DNA from: Bifidobacteriaceae bacterium
GTDB taxonomy: Archaea; Thermoplasmatota; Thermoplasmata; Methanomassiliicoccales; Methanomethylophilaceae
Length of the DNA stretch: 64,000 nucleotides
Assembly (NCBI GenBank): GCA_963586845.1
Contig: CAVABN010000001.1
Span: forward strand, 15,584 to 79,583
Direction: 5' to 3'
This document shows, piece after piece, positions 10,880 to 22,690 of this stretch. Position numbers and translations under genes: made by a program. Below the pieces are notes generated by a model that saw nothing but the letters and a program-made list of their open reading frames with translations, was not told where the DNA came from and searched no databases. How positions within the stretch are numbered: the stretch's first letter is position 1; the number at the start of each line of letters is the position of its first letter.

Positions 10880-12144
10880 TGAAGTACTTCGTCGAGTCCT
10901 ACGGCTGCACCATGAACCGCGGCGAAGGCCGCGGTTTGGCCGAGGACATGGCATCGCTCGGGTTCGAGCCGGCCGCATCCGCCGAAGAGGCGGATGTGGT
11001 CGTGCTCAACACATGCACCGTCGTGGAGGCCACCGAGAAGCACATGCTCTCGAGGATCTCCAAACTGCGCGCATCGGGGAAGGAGGTCGTCGTGACCGGC
11101 TGCATGGCCAAGGCCCAGCCCGGCCGCGTGGAGATCCGCCTGCCCGACGCGCCCATCATACCTCCCGAGGATTACGGTTCTTTCAAACAGAGGATCCTCG
11201 ACAGATACGGGATCCAGGGATGCGCCACATCCGTGGACTTCGGCTCGGAGGCCATCCTGCCCATCGCACAGGGCTGCCTGGGCAACTGCTCCTACTGCAT
11301 CACCAAACTGGCCAGAGGGGACCTCAGGAGCTATCCTGCGGACGCCCTGGTGGCCAAATTCGATTCTTTCCTGTCCTGCGGCTCCAAAGAGGTCCTCGTG
11401 ACCGCCCAGGACACCGCCGCGTACGGGCGCGACACCGGCGGATCGCTGCCGTCGCTCCTGAAGGACATGCTCTCCCGCGAAGGGGAGTTCAGACTCAGGA
11501 TAGGCATGGCCGACCCCGAGAGCGTGTGGCGCGTACGCGAGGATCTAACGCGGCTCATGGACGACGAGAGGCTCTACAAGTTCGTGCACATCCCCGTACA
11601 GAGCGGTAGCGACGCCGTCCTGAGGGCCATGAGGAGGAAGTACACCGTCGAGAGGTTCTTCGAACTGACGGACGACCTCCGCGCCGACGTCCCGGGGATC
11701 AGCATCGCCACGGACGTGATCTGCGGCTTCCCCGGAGAGACCGACGAGGACCACGGGAAGAGCGTGGAACTCGTGAAGAGGCTCAGAGCGGACACCGTGA
11801 ACATAACGCGTTTCTCAGCACGTCCGGGCACAGATGCGGCGAAGATGGAGCAGATCCACGGCAGGATATCCTCCGCCCGCTCCGCCGAGCTCACGGAGGT
11901 CAAGAACGCCACCGAGCTCGATGTCAACACCGGGCTGGTCGGAAGGACGTTCCTTGCCCTGGCCACGGAGAAGGGGAAGGACGGGACGATCATGAGGACG
12001 GGGTACTACAGGCCCGTCGTCGTCAGATCCGACGTCCCGCTGGGGACGTTCGCCGAGGTCGGAGTGACCGAAGCCAGGTCCACCTACCTCATCGGAACAC
12101 TAAAGAACGACCGACGTTTACGGCGGTCCACAACAGTCCCGTAG
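10879..12144 (+). CDS. archaeal MiaB-like radical-SAM tRNA methylthiotransferase
   Basis: MKYFVESYGCTMN... N-terminal MTTase domain, radical-SAM CLGNCSYC, C-terminal TRAM. The start overlaps the aIF2beta stop (TGATG). The upstream 195 aa of track ORF 10294..12144 is a spurious extension. The TAG stop (12142-12144) lies inside tRNA-Gln. Confidence 0.9.
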   Translation: MKYFVESYGCTMNRGEGRGLAEDMASLGFEPAASAEEADVVVLNTCTVVEATEKHMLSRISKLRASGKEVVVTGCMAKAQPGRVEIRLPDAPIIPPEDYGSFKQRILDRYGIQGCATSVDFGSEAILPIAQGCLGNCSYCITKLARGDLRSYPADALVAKFDSFLSCGSKEVLVTAQDTAAYGRDTGGSLPSLLKDMLSREGEFRLRIGMADPESVWRVREDLTRLMDDERLYKFVHIPVQSGSDAVLRAMRRKYTVERFFELTDDLRADVPGISIATDVICGFPGETDEDHGKSVELVKRLRADTVNITRFSARPGTDAAKMEQIHGRISSARSAELTEVKNATELDVNTGLVGRTFLALATEKGKDGTIMRTGYYRPVVVRSDVPLGTFAEVGVTEARSTYLIGTLKNDRRLRRSTTVP

Positions 12145-12210
12145 TGTAGTGGTCAATCATGCTGGCCTTTGGAGCCGGTGACTCCGGTTCGAATCCGGAC
12201 GGGACTACCA
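12135..12210 (+). tRNA. tRNA-Gln (anticodon UUG), CCA encoded
   Basis: Cloverleaf by hand: acceptor AGTCCCG/CGGGACT, anticodon arm CTGGC-CTTTGGA-GCCGG, T arm TCCGG-TTCGAAT-CCGGA, discriminator A + CCA. Confidence 0.85.
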
Positions 12211-12276
12211 ACTTTTCGAAAATGTGACGGGACAGCGCGAGCGCTCGATGCTACGAAATCCCCGGATCGCATCGGA

Positions 12277-14194
<1,918 letters not shown>

Positions 14195-14225
14195 AACTAG
14201 CAGGTGCCCATTTTTTCAAAATGAC

Positions 14226-14299
14226 AAAAATCGATGAAATCGGGGCAAATCTCGAAAAAATCGCCCGAAACGCCCTCTGGTTGACATGTGAAAATCGGA
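14226..14299. repeat. phased A-tract motifs (A)AAATCG x4 plus one variant
   Basis: AAAAATCG, GAAATCG, CAAATCTCG, AAAAAATCG and GAAAATCG. The first four are spaced 9-11 bp apart. On the minus strand they read as oligo-T runs just after the TetR stop. Confidence 0.5.
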
Positions 14300-14345
14300 T
14301 TCACCGAATTTCATTCCGCGCTCCGAACCCGGATCCGATGAACTG

Positions 14346-14987
14346 TCAATCTCCGAATCCGGGCAGGTATCCCTCCGGTTGATCCAGATCGACGAGACGG
14401 ATGGCCTCGTCCACAAGAGGTGCGTCATACAGGTCTGCGACCCCGAACAGGGGACGAGATGCGATCATCTCGATGACAGCATCCTCATTGACATTCCCCG
14501 CCGAAGAACAGGCGATGAGCCCGCTTATAAGCCCGTTGACGGCGCCCATACGCCTCTTGATCGCACTGGTACCCTTGACGGATAACCCCGTATCATCGCA
14601 ATGCCTCTCCAGAAGGCCGCGTTGCATGTCCGTCAGAGCATCCATGGTCTTGGACGATGCGTACGCGACGGATGGGATCCTCGCGACGTTCGGACCCTAC
14701 CGGGCGAGACGTAACCCGGCGACCATCGGGAACGCGACCTTCCTCACGATATCCTCTGCCTCGACCATTTCCGCGTGTTCGAGAATAGCTGCGTAATCGC
14801 GTATCGCGATCTCGCACACTATGTCCTCCTTGTCCCGGAAGATGTTGTAGATGCTCCCTGTGTGGATCCCCGTCTCGGCAGATGCGTTGGGGATCTTGAT
14901 CTCCTTGTACCCCCTCTCGATGAACAGACGGGTCGCCGTTTCGGTCACCTTGTCCTAAACCGCTCCAATTGAAGGATGGGCGGGCAT
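14346..14987 (-). CDS. TetR/AcrR-family regulator interrupted by in-frame TAG codon(s) (pyrrolysine/read-through candidate or pseudogene)
   Basis: Same-frame ORFs 14697..14948 (HTH: TRLFIERGYKEIKIPNASAETGIHTGSIYNIFRDKEDI) and 14346..14645 are separated only by TAG 14697-14699. A second in-frame TAG (14955-14957) lies between ATG 14985 and the GTG at 14946. The joined length, about 213 codons, is normal for TetR. Confidence 0.6.
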
Positions 14988-15040
14988 CGTCCCGTCCAAA
15001 CGCAAGAGGAACGGGTCGCCTGAAGGGATGACGAGCGAAG

Positions 15041-15523
15041 TCAGAACTTGGTTTCGGAGGAGCAGAAGCGCTCCAGATCGGCGAGCATGGACTCATCGAA
15101 GAAACTGCCGCCTTCCATCATGGCGTCGAAGACCGGCTGATTGTATTGGTTAAGACCCCTGATCTTCATGACGGCGGATACGAAGGCCAATACGGTCTTG
15201 TCTACGAATCCCAGGCGCATCCTGTCTATCCAGCCGCGAACGTAGAATATCGGCACGGAGACCTTGTTGGAATCGGCCATACGGACCTTGTCGAAACGAT
15301 CGGATGAATCGAGTCCGACTGCGCATACGGCCTTCAGACGGGACTTGTCGATGCTACGAAGTCCGACAATGGTGGGCCCTCTGACCCAGCCGAAGAAGAC
15401 GATGGATCCGTCCCCGGGGATACGGTCCTCGGCGGAGAAGCATTCGCACCCGACGTGAGAAGCGAACAAGCGGGCGTATTTCTCGGAAGAACCGGACTTC
15501 GAGGAGAAGACTGCGACGATCAT
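15041..15523 (-). CDS. flavodoxin-like domain protein
   Basis: 160-aa ORF. MIVAVFSSKSGSSEKYARLFA N-terminus typical of short flavodoxin-fold proteins. Lies 186 nt downstream of 16S copy 2 on the same strand. Confidence 0.75.
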   Translation of the reverse strand: MIVAVFSSKSGSSEKYARLFASHVGCECFSAEDRIPGDGSIVFFGWVRGPTIVGLRSIDKSRLKAVCAVGLDSSDRFDKVRMADSNKVSVPIFYVRGWIDRMRLGFVDKTVLAFVSAVMKIRGLNQYNQPVFDAMMEGGSFFDESMLADLERFCSSETKF

Positions 15524-15547
15524 GGGATCACAGGGGAAGGTTCTGAG

Positions 15548-15557
15548 AAAATATAAT
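15548..15557 (-). promoter_or_regulatory. TATA-like box (ATTATATTTT) about 30 nt upstream of the flavodoxin ATG, inside the 16S trailer
   Basis: Seen in sequence. The spacing implies a leaderless or near-leaderless mRNA. The same element is duplicated at 12329-12338 in front of the relic. Confidence 0.4.
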
Positions 15558-15708
15558 GGAAAATGGGACGTTCGATGCTACGTTTAGTGCATGGTAAGCT
15601 GCCTCGGAATTGCCGGGAAACTCGCTCGGAGTTTCCTTGCAATGTTGCCCCCTTGTAAGGAAGGGGACGATGTGAGCTCCTCGGGGCCGGAGGCCCCGGG
15701 AGCTTCTT

Positions 15709-17178
<1,470 letters not shown>

Positions 17179-17406
17179 CAAATCTTTTGACTTTTCGTCT
17201 TTGGATGGATGAAAGAAACTGGCAGTTTACCATGTTTCACCGCTGTCCCGCTAAACGGCACACTCGTTCGAATGATCCGTCTAACGGAACATTCGTAGCA
17301 TCGAACGTCAGAATTCATGAGTGCACGCCCAAGGGGCGGAGATCATGATTCTCCATCGTCGCAACCCGTCTTCGCGGGCCGCGCATTCCCGTGTATATCG
17401 GGGAGG

Positions 17407-17414
17407 TATATAAG
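17407..17414 (-). promoter_or_regulatory. TATA box (CTTATATA) for 16S copy 2
   Basis: Same position as in copy 1, but the sequence upstream of the TATA core differs because the repeat ends here. Confidence 0.45.
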
Positions 17415-17678
17415 CCTTGTGATTTAGGCCGAAGATCCTCGATATCCACTTCGCGAATTGTCCAGACGAGTCCTTGTCTCCAAGGGCTCTCTGCGCCTCG
17501 CGCAAGTCCCTGTACATCCCACTCATATAATATACTATGGGTCCAAAAAATCCTCAGACAGCCTCGGCCAGACTAATCCCGAAGGATCCAGACTACATTC
17601 GAAGCCTATTCGGACGATCAGCCAGGTCAGGCGAAGACCCGTAGGACCGTTCCGATCCGATCCGCCCTCCTTCTGTTC

Positions 17679-17695
17679 TAGAGTATAATACTCTA
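17679..17695. repeat. perfect 17-nt palindrome TAGAGTAT-A-ATACTCTA
   Basis: Seen in sequence, in the AT-rich part of the spacer about 75 nt upstream of tRNA-Ser. Confidence 0.6.
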
Positions 17696-17767
17696 TATTA
17701 GAGGAAGGACGCCTGCTATTTTCTCCATACCAATCTTTAAGAATCAAGTCGCCTTGGGGCGATTCAA

Positions 17768-17854
17768 GTGGAGGTGGCCCAGCCTGGCAAGGCGTCAGAC
17801 TGCTAATCTGATGTCACCATGTGACCCGGGGGTTCGAATCCCCCCCTCCACGCC
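17768..17854 (+). tRNA. tRNA-Ser (anticodon GCU), long variable arm, CCA encoded
   Basis: Acceptor GTGGAGG/CCTCCAC, anticodon arm TCAGA-CTGCTAA-TCTGA, variable arm TGTCACCATGTGACC, T loop GGTTCGAATCC. TTTAAGAA TATA-like box about 30 nt upstream. Confidence 0.9.
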
Positions 17855-17886
17855 ACTATTCTCGAAAATCCCATTCCTGGGACCTG

Positions 17887-18789
17887 TCACGCATCATGAT
17901 GCGGATGACGGACGATCTTCTCCGGAGCGCACATAACGGCCATGGACGCTATCGCGATTATCATCCCGATGACCATCGGCACCGACGGGATCTCCAGGTA
18001 GATCAGCAGCCCGAATATCGCGGCGGCCGTCGGTTCCCCGCAGGAAGCGAGGATCGAGGCCGCGCCCGCCTCCACCCTTGCCATGGCGATGGAATAGCAG
18101 ATGAACGGCAGGAACGAAGCCGCCGCCGCATGCAGGAGGATGAATCCCGCGTTGCTCCAGCTCTCCGTCGTGTAGCTTATGAGCAGATCCGTGTCGCTGA
18201 GCGGGATCAACGCGATGGCCACGATCAGCAGACAGTAGAACAGCGTTGTGAACACCGAATACCCCTCGGATGCGGCGCGCTTCGTCAGGATCCCGTACGT
18301 CGCATAGAGCACCGCCCCCAACAACCCGACGGCGGCCCCGAACAATGACAGCGTCTGACTCCCCTCCAGCACCCCGCTGACCAGGACGCATCCGAACACG
18401 GCCGCGGCCATGCAGAACATCTTCTTCCCGGTGATCTTCTCGCCGAATACCACGCGTGCGAGGATCAGCATGAACACCGGCGACAAACCCAGAAGTACCG
18501 CCGCGAAGGACAGGGACAGCGTCTCCGCGGATATCGTGTAGGAGACGTTCACGATCAGCATCGACAGCCCGCAGGCGAGGAACATGACCGCGTCCTTCCG
18601 CTTGATGCGGAGCATGGATCTGTCGGTGGCGAGGATCAGCAGAAGCATCATGAGCATCGCCGGGAACACGCGCGACAGCACGATCGTGGTGCTGTCCATG
18701 CCGGCGGCGCTGAGCTCCCTGACGAACACCCCCGCGGAGCCCCACATGACCCCGGACATTATGGCCACCAGGAAGAACAGATGCCTCAT
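17887..18789 (-). CDS. EamA/DMT-family transporter
   Basis: 300 aa, about 10 hydrophobic helices arranged as two EamA-like halves. Confidence 0.85.
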   Translation of the reverse strand: MRHLFFLVAIMSGVMWGSAGVFVRELSAAGMDSTTIVLSRVFPAMLMMLLLILATDRSMLRIKRKDAVMFLACGLSMLIVNVSYTISAETLSLSFAAVLLGLSPVFMLILARVVFGEKITGKKMFCMAAAVFGCVLVSGVLEGSQTLSLFGAAVGLLGAVLYATYGILTKRAASEGYSVFTTLFYCLLIVAIALIPLSDTDLLISYTTESWSNAGFILLHAAAASFLPFICYSIAMARVEAGAASILASCGEPTAAAIFGLLIYLEIPSVPMVIGMIIAIASMAVMCAPEKIVRHPHHDA

Positions 18790-18870
18790 GCCCGGTGAGA
18801 ATCGGTCCGCGTATATCCGTATGACGGGACCCGCAACGGGTTAAAGTACGGCCCCCTCCATTCAAGGGGC

Positions 18871-19515
18871 ATGAGATTCCTCGTCTTCACGGACCTCCAT
18901 CAGAAGGCATCCGTCATCGACAAGATCAACGAAATGATACACAGGTACAACGCGGAGTTCGTCCTCTGCCTGGGGGACGTCACCGACTTCGGCACCGGCG
19001 AGGATGCCGCGGACATCCTGTCCAAGATCGACTCCAAGGTCTACGCCATCCCCGGCAACTGCGACCCCCTGGACTTCCCCGAGAAGATCTCGTCCGTCGC
19101 CGTGGACATGCACGGCAACACCGCCGAGGTCGGCGGATACAGGCTCGTCGGACTTGGGGGATCCAACATCACGATCTTCGGCACCCCGTTCGAGCTCGAG
19201 GAGGACGACATATACGACGGACTGGAGGGCAACTGCGACGAGGGCATGATACTCATGACGCACGCACCCTCATTCGGCACACTCGACCAGATCCCCTCGG
19301 GACAGAGCGTCGGGAGCCCCGCGATCAAGGACATAGTGGAGAGGTACCATCCGATACTCGCGCTCTCCGGGCACATCCACGAGGCGATCGGCGTCGTGAC
19401 GAGGGACGGCACCACCTTCATCAACCCCGGGCCCGCGAAGGACGGATACATGGCGATCGTCGACATCGACGGCGGCAAGGTCGAGGCGAAGCTCATAGGC
19501 CCTACGGACCATTGA
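18871..19515 (+). CDS. metallophosphoesterase (calcineurin-like)
   Basis: FTDLH, LGDVTDFG, GNCD, HAPS and SGHIHE motifs in canonical order. Confidence 0.85.
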   Translation: MRFLVFTDLHQKASVIDKINEMIHRYNAEFVLCLGDVTDFGTGEDAADILSKIDSKVYAIPGNCDPLDFPEKISSVAVDMHGNTAEVGGYRLVGLGGSNITIFGTPFELEEDDIYDGLEGNCDEGMILMTHAPSFGTLDQIPSGQSVGSPAIKDIVERYHPILALSGHIHEAIGVVTRDGTTFINPGPAKDGYMAIVDIDGGKVEAKLIGPTDH

Positions 19516-19534
19516 AAACGGCGTCCGAGGGTCC

Positions 19535-19555
19535 GGGGACGGCGGAAACGTCCCC
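19535..19555 (+). terminator. hairpin GGGGACG-N7-CGTCCCC after the phosphoesterase gene
   Basis: Perfect 7-bp stem. A TATA-like GGTTTAAATAC for rps8e follows at about 19580. Confidence 0.3.
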
Positions 19556-19618
19556 GCCCCTGCGGATGCACCCGCGAAGGTTTAAATACGGTATCCTAAT
19601 TGGCGTGGTTTGATTACT

Positions 19619-19999
19619 ATGGCACTTTGGCAGGGTGAATCCAACAGGAAACCCACTGGCGGCAGGCTCGTCGCCAGCCACGGGAAGAGGAAGTTCGAGA
19701 TCGGCAGGGAGAAGCAGTTCACCAAACTCGGTGAGCAGACCCTGAAGCAGTATCGCGGAGCCGGCGGAAGTGTCAAGGTTGGGATGCTCAGCGCCCAGTA
19801 CGCAAACGTCGTCGACAAGAAGACGAACACGGTGAAGAAGGTCAAGATCCTCACCGTCAAGTCCAACCCGTCCGACCCCAACTACGTCCAGCGTAACATC
19901 ATGAACAAGGGCGCCACCATCTCCACCGAGATCGGCGATGCCATCGTCACGTCCAGGCCCGGCCAGGACGGCGCCATCAACGCAGTGCTGCTTGAGTGA
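19619..19999 (+). CDS. rps8e: 30S ribosomal protein S8e
   Basis: MALWQGESNRKPTGGR... is the canonical eS8 N-terminus. The track ORF begins 9 nt earlier at a TTG. Confidence 0.93.
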   Translation: MALWQGESNRKPTGGRLVASHGKRKFEIGREKQFTKLGEQTLKQYRGAGGSVKVGMLSAQYANVVDKKTNTVKKVKILTVKSNPSDPNYVQRNIMNKGATISTEIGDAIVTSRPGQDGAINAVLLE

Positions 20000-20118
20000 T
20001 CACTAAACATCTACATCCGGACCCTGAGAACTTCCGAGGGTCCGGGATCTTTTTCTACAACTCTCCATTCGGACGCTGTTTCGATAGAGTTATTATCATC
20101 GGTTCGATAGCCTCGGAC

Positions 20119-20424
20119 ATGGCATACGATCCGGATGTGGCAATCACCCTCTGGCCCGAGTATTTCGACATCAACCTCACCAGGGCCGGCGGCAGGAGGC
20201 TCCCCAAGAGCCTGTGCGTCGCGGATCCCAGCCTGGATATCATCGCCAAAGGCGCGATGATCCTCGACCTGGAGTACGAGGTCAGGGACGACATGTCCTA
20301 TCCCAAGAACCCCCGTTCCAAGCACGGCTGCGTGAAGGTCGAGAAGGGCAAGATGTCCAAGACCGAGATCCTCCCGAAGATCGGGGAGATCCTCGTACAG
20401 AACCAGGGAAGGCGATCGCCGTGA
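20119..20424 (+). CDS. srp19: signal recognition particle protein SRP19
   Basis: ITLWPEYFDINLTRAGGRRLPKSL... matches the SRP19 signature. The first 41 aa of track ORF 19996..20424 look spurious. Confidence 0.88.
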   Translation: MAYDPDVAITLWPEYFDINLTRAGGRRLPKSLCVADPSLDIIAKGAMILDLEYEVRDDMSYPKNPRSKHGCVKVEKGKMSKTEILPKIGEILVQNQGRRSP

Positions 20425-21797
20425 TGACGCCCTTGGATTCCAGGGTGTCCGATGCCAACGCCGAGGCCCTGGGCGTGAAGGTCAGGGACCTCATGGGCAC
20501 GGCGGGTTCGAAGGTGGCCGAGGTCCTGAAGGACCGTTTCCCCGGGAAGCGCTGCCTGTTCGTCTGCGGTCCCGGCAACAACGGCGGAGACGGCTTCGCC
20601 GCCGCTCTGCTAATGGATCCGTCCCTTGCGACGGTCGCTCTGCTGTGCGAGCCCTCCAGGATCCATTCGGACGAATCAAGATTCTACTACTCGCTGCTCG
20701 AATGCCCCATCGAACAATACTCCGTCTCGCTTCTGGACGCAACGGACGTCATCGTCGATTGCGCACTCGGGACCGGGATCAGCGGAAGGGTCCGCGAACC
20801 CTACAGGACTTTCATAACCGATGCCCGGACTTCAGGGAAGACGATCGTATCCCTCGATGTCCCCTCCGGACTCGGAACGGATCTCGCCGTCGTACCCGAC
20901 ATCACCGTGACCTTCATGGACGCGAAGACGGGGATGTGCGAGGAGAACAGCGGGGAGGTCGTCATCGCCGACATCGGCATCCCGTACGACGCCTACAGGT
21001 GCGTCGGACCTGGGGACATGCTCAGATACCCCATCCCCGGGAGGGACAGCCACAAGGGTCAGAACGGACGCCTGATGATCATCGCAGGAGGCCCGTACTT
21101 CGGAGCCCCCGCCATGGCCGCCTGCTCGGCCCTCAGGACCGGAGCGGACATCGTCAGACTGTTCTCCCCCGAATCCGTGCATGCGGACCTTGCAAGGGCT
21201 TCGCCCGTTCTCATGATCACCGACCTCCCGGGGGACAGATTGACCCCGGAATCTGCGGAGATGCTGCTGAGGGAGTCCCGGAACTACGATGCCGTCCTCA
21301 TCGGCCCCGGCCTGGGCACTTCGGAGGACACTTTGGAAGCGGTACGCGGATTCGTATCGGAATGCCGCGTCCCCCTGGTCGTCGACGCCGACGGCCTGAC
21401 GGCCATCGCCGGCATGAGACTGCAATGCCCCGCCGTCCTCACACCCCATCGCGGGGAGTTCGAACGTCTCGGCGGAGGCAATCCCGAGGACCTCGCCCGC
21501 ATAATGGGCGCGACGATCCTCCTGAAGGGCGCTGCAGACACCGTCACGGACGGTGCGAGGACGCGCATCAACAAGACCGGCACCCCCGCCATGACGGGCG
21601 CGGGGACCGGGGATGTCCTCGCAGGATGCGTCGCATCCCTCCTCAGCAAGGGGATGGATCCCTTCGATGCCGCTTGTCTCGGGGCGTACATCTGCGGGAA
21701 GGCCGGAGAGGATGCGTTCCAATCCAAGTCCTACGGCCTCATCGCCACGGACATCATAGATTCCATACCGACCGTTCTGAGAGAAGGCCTGAGATGA
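20424..21797 (+). CDS. nnr: bifunctional NAD(P)H-hydrate repair enzyme (epimerase / ADP-dependent dehydratase)
   Basis: YjeF_N (GPGNNGGDG) plus a carbohydrate-kinase-like C-terminal domain (HKGQNG..., GTGDVLAG). The start overlaps the srp19 stop (TGATG). Confidence 0.9.
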   Translation: MTPLDSRVSDANAEALGVKVRDLMGTAGSKVAEVLKDRFPGKRCLFVCGPGNNGGDGFAAALLMDPSLATVALLCEPSRIHSDESRFYYSLLECPIEQYSVSLLDATDVIVDCALGTGISGRVREPYRTFITDARTSGKTIVSLDVPSGLGTDLAVVPDITVTFMDAKTGMCEENSGEVVIADIGIPYDAYRCVGPGDMLRYPIPGRDSHKGQNGRLMIIAGGPYFGAPAMAACSALRTGADIVRLFSPESVHADLARASPVLMITDLPGDRLTPESAEMLLRESRNYDAVLIGPGLGTSEDTLEAVRGFVSECRVPLVVDADGLTAIAGMRLQCPAVLTPHRGEFERLGGGNPEDLARIMGATILLKGAADTVTDGARTRINKTGTPAMTGAGTGDVLAGCVASLLSKGMDPFDAACLGAYICGKAGEDAFQSKSYGLIATDIIDSIPTVLREGLR

Positions 21798-22690
21798 GCG
21801 ACCTCCAACCGGTCTACGGCATCCCCGCGCTAATGGCGGATTATTCGCTCGTCATAGGCGACCTGCACATCGGGGTGGAATCCCATCTCCGGAAGAAGGG
21901 CTTCCATCTCGTATCCCACACCCGCGATATGCTGAACTCGATCATCGAAGCGGCCGGGGACGACGCGAACCGTCTGATCGTCATCGGAGATGTGAAGGAT
22001 TCCGTACCGGGCTCCACCAAGCAGGAGTACGCGGAGATCCCCGACTTCTTCGAGGAGCTGTTCGAACGTTTCGATATGATCGATGTGGTCCGCGGGAATC
22101 ACGATACGGGGATCGAGGAATTCCTGCCTTCGAAGGTCAATGTCAGACCGGCTTCCGGACTGAAGGTGGGCGATACGGGATTCGTCCACGGTCACACGTG
22201 GCCATCGGCCGAGGTGATGGATTGCGACACGCTGGTTATGGCCCACAACCATCCCGCGGTCATGTTCAGGGACGGCGTCGGAAGGCAGACGTCCGAACCC
22301 TGCTGGATGAGGGGGACCTTCAAGGAAGGCCCGACCGAAAGGTATCTCTCGCTCCCGAGGAGCTTCATCGTCGTGCCCGCATTCAACAGGATGCTGGGGG
22401 GATCCCCGGTGAACACCATCGGGGACGAGCTGCTCGGACCGATCCTCAACAGCGGCCTGATGGATCTCGACGACGCCCACCTCTATCTCTTGGACGGAGT
22501 GGACCTCGGCAGGAGGTCCGACCTGATGATCAAGGGACGCGACCAGAGCAAGTGGAAGGACCTCCCCGGCAAGGAGCCGAGACGTCCTCAGCGCAGGGCG
22601 AAATACTCGCGATGCCGAAGGTCGGCAAATCCCGATATCAGACACTCGAGACAGAACGCTACGAAATCGGAACAATCGTCCATCCTTTGA
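21794..22690 (+). CDS. archaeal SbcD/Mre11-related metallophosphoesterase with atypical basic C-terminal tail
   Basis: GDLHIG, GDVKD, GNHD and HGH motifs. The start overlaps the nnr stop (ATGA). The last approx 50 aa are basic and low-complexity, and they overlap the convergent fic gene by 103 nt. Confidence 0.8.
   Translation: MSDLQPVYGIPALMADYSLVIGDLHIGVESHLRKKGFHLVSHTRDMLNSIIEAAGDDANRLIVIGDVKDSVPGSTKQEYAEIPDFFEELFERFDMIDVVRGNHDTGIEEFLPSKVNVRPASGLKVGDTGFVHGHTWPSAEVMDCDTLVMAHNHPAVMFRDGVGRQTSEPCWMRGTFKEGPTERYLSLPRSFIVVPAFNRMLGGSPVNTIGDELLGPILNSGLMDLDDAHLYLLDGVDLGRRSDLMIKGRDQSKWKDLPGKEPRRPQRRAKYSRCRRSANPDIRHSRQNATKSEQSSIL

Noticed and set aside
10294-12144. 616-aa reading of the MiaB-like ORF, and similar composite ORFs (20214..21797, 20645..22690, 22588..24795, 26307..27539, 32989..34317, 34263..35324, 45864..48266, 51450..52373, 51635..52612, 62058..63464)
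   Set aside because: The N-terminal parts are R/G/P-rich read-through of the preceding gene in another frame. The real genes start at internal ATGs that overlap or abut the upstream stop.
17414-17767. Spacer as 5S rRNA, SRP RNA or RNase P RNA
   Set aside because: By eye I found no 5S signature, no SRP helix-8 GGAA/AGCA motif and no RNase P CR-I (GGAAAGUCC) sequence. A covariance-model scan would be needed to exclude other ncRNAs.
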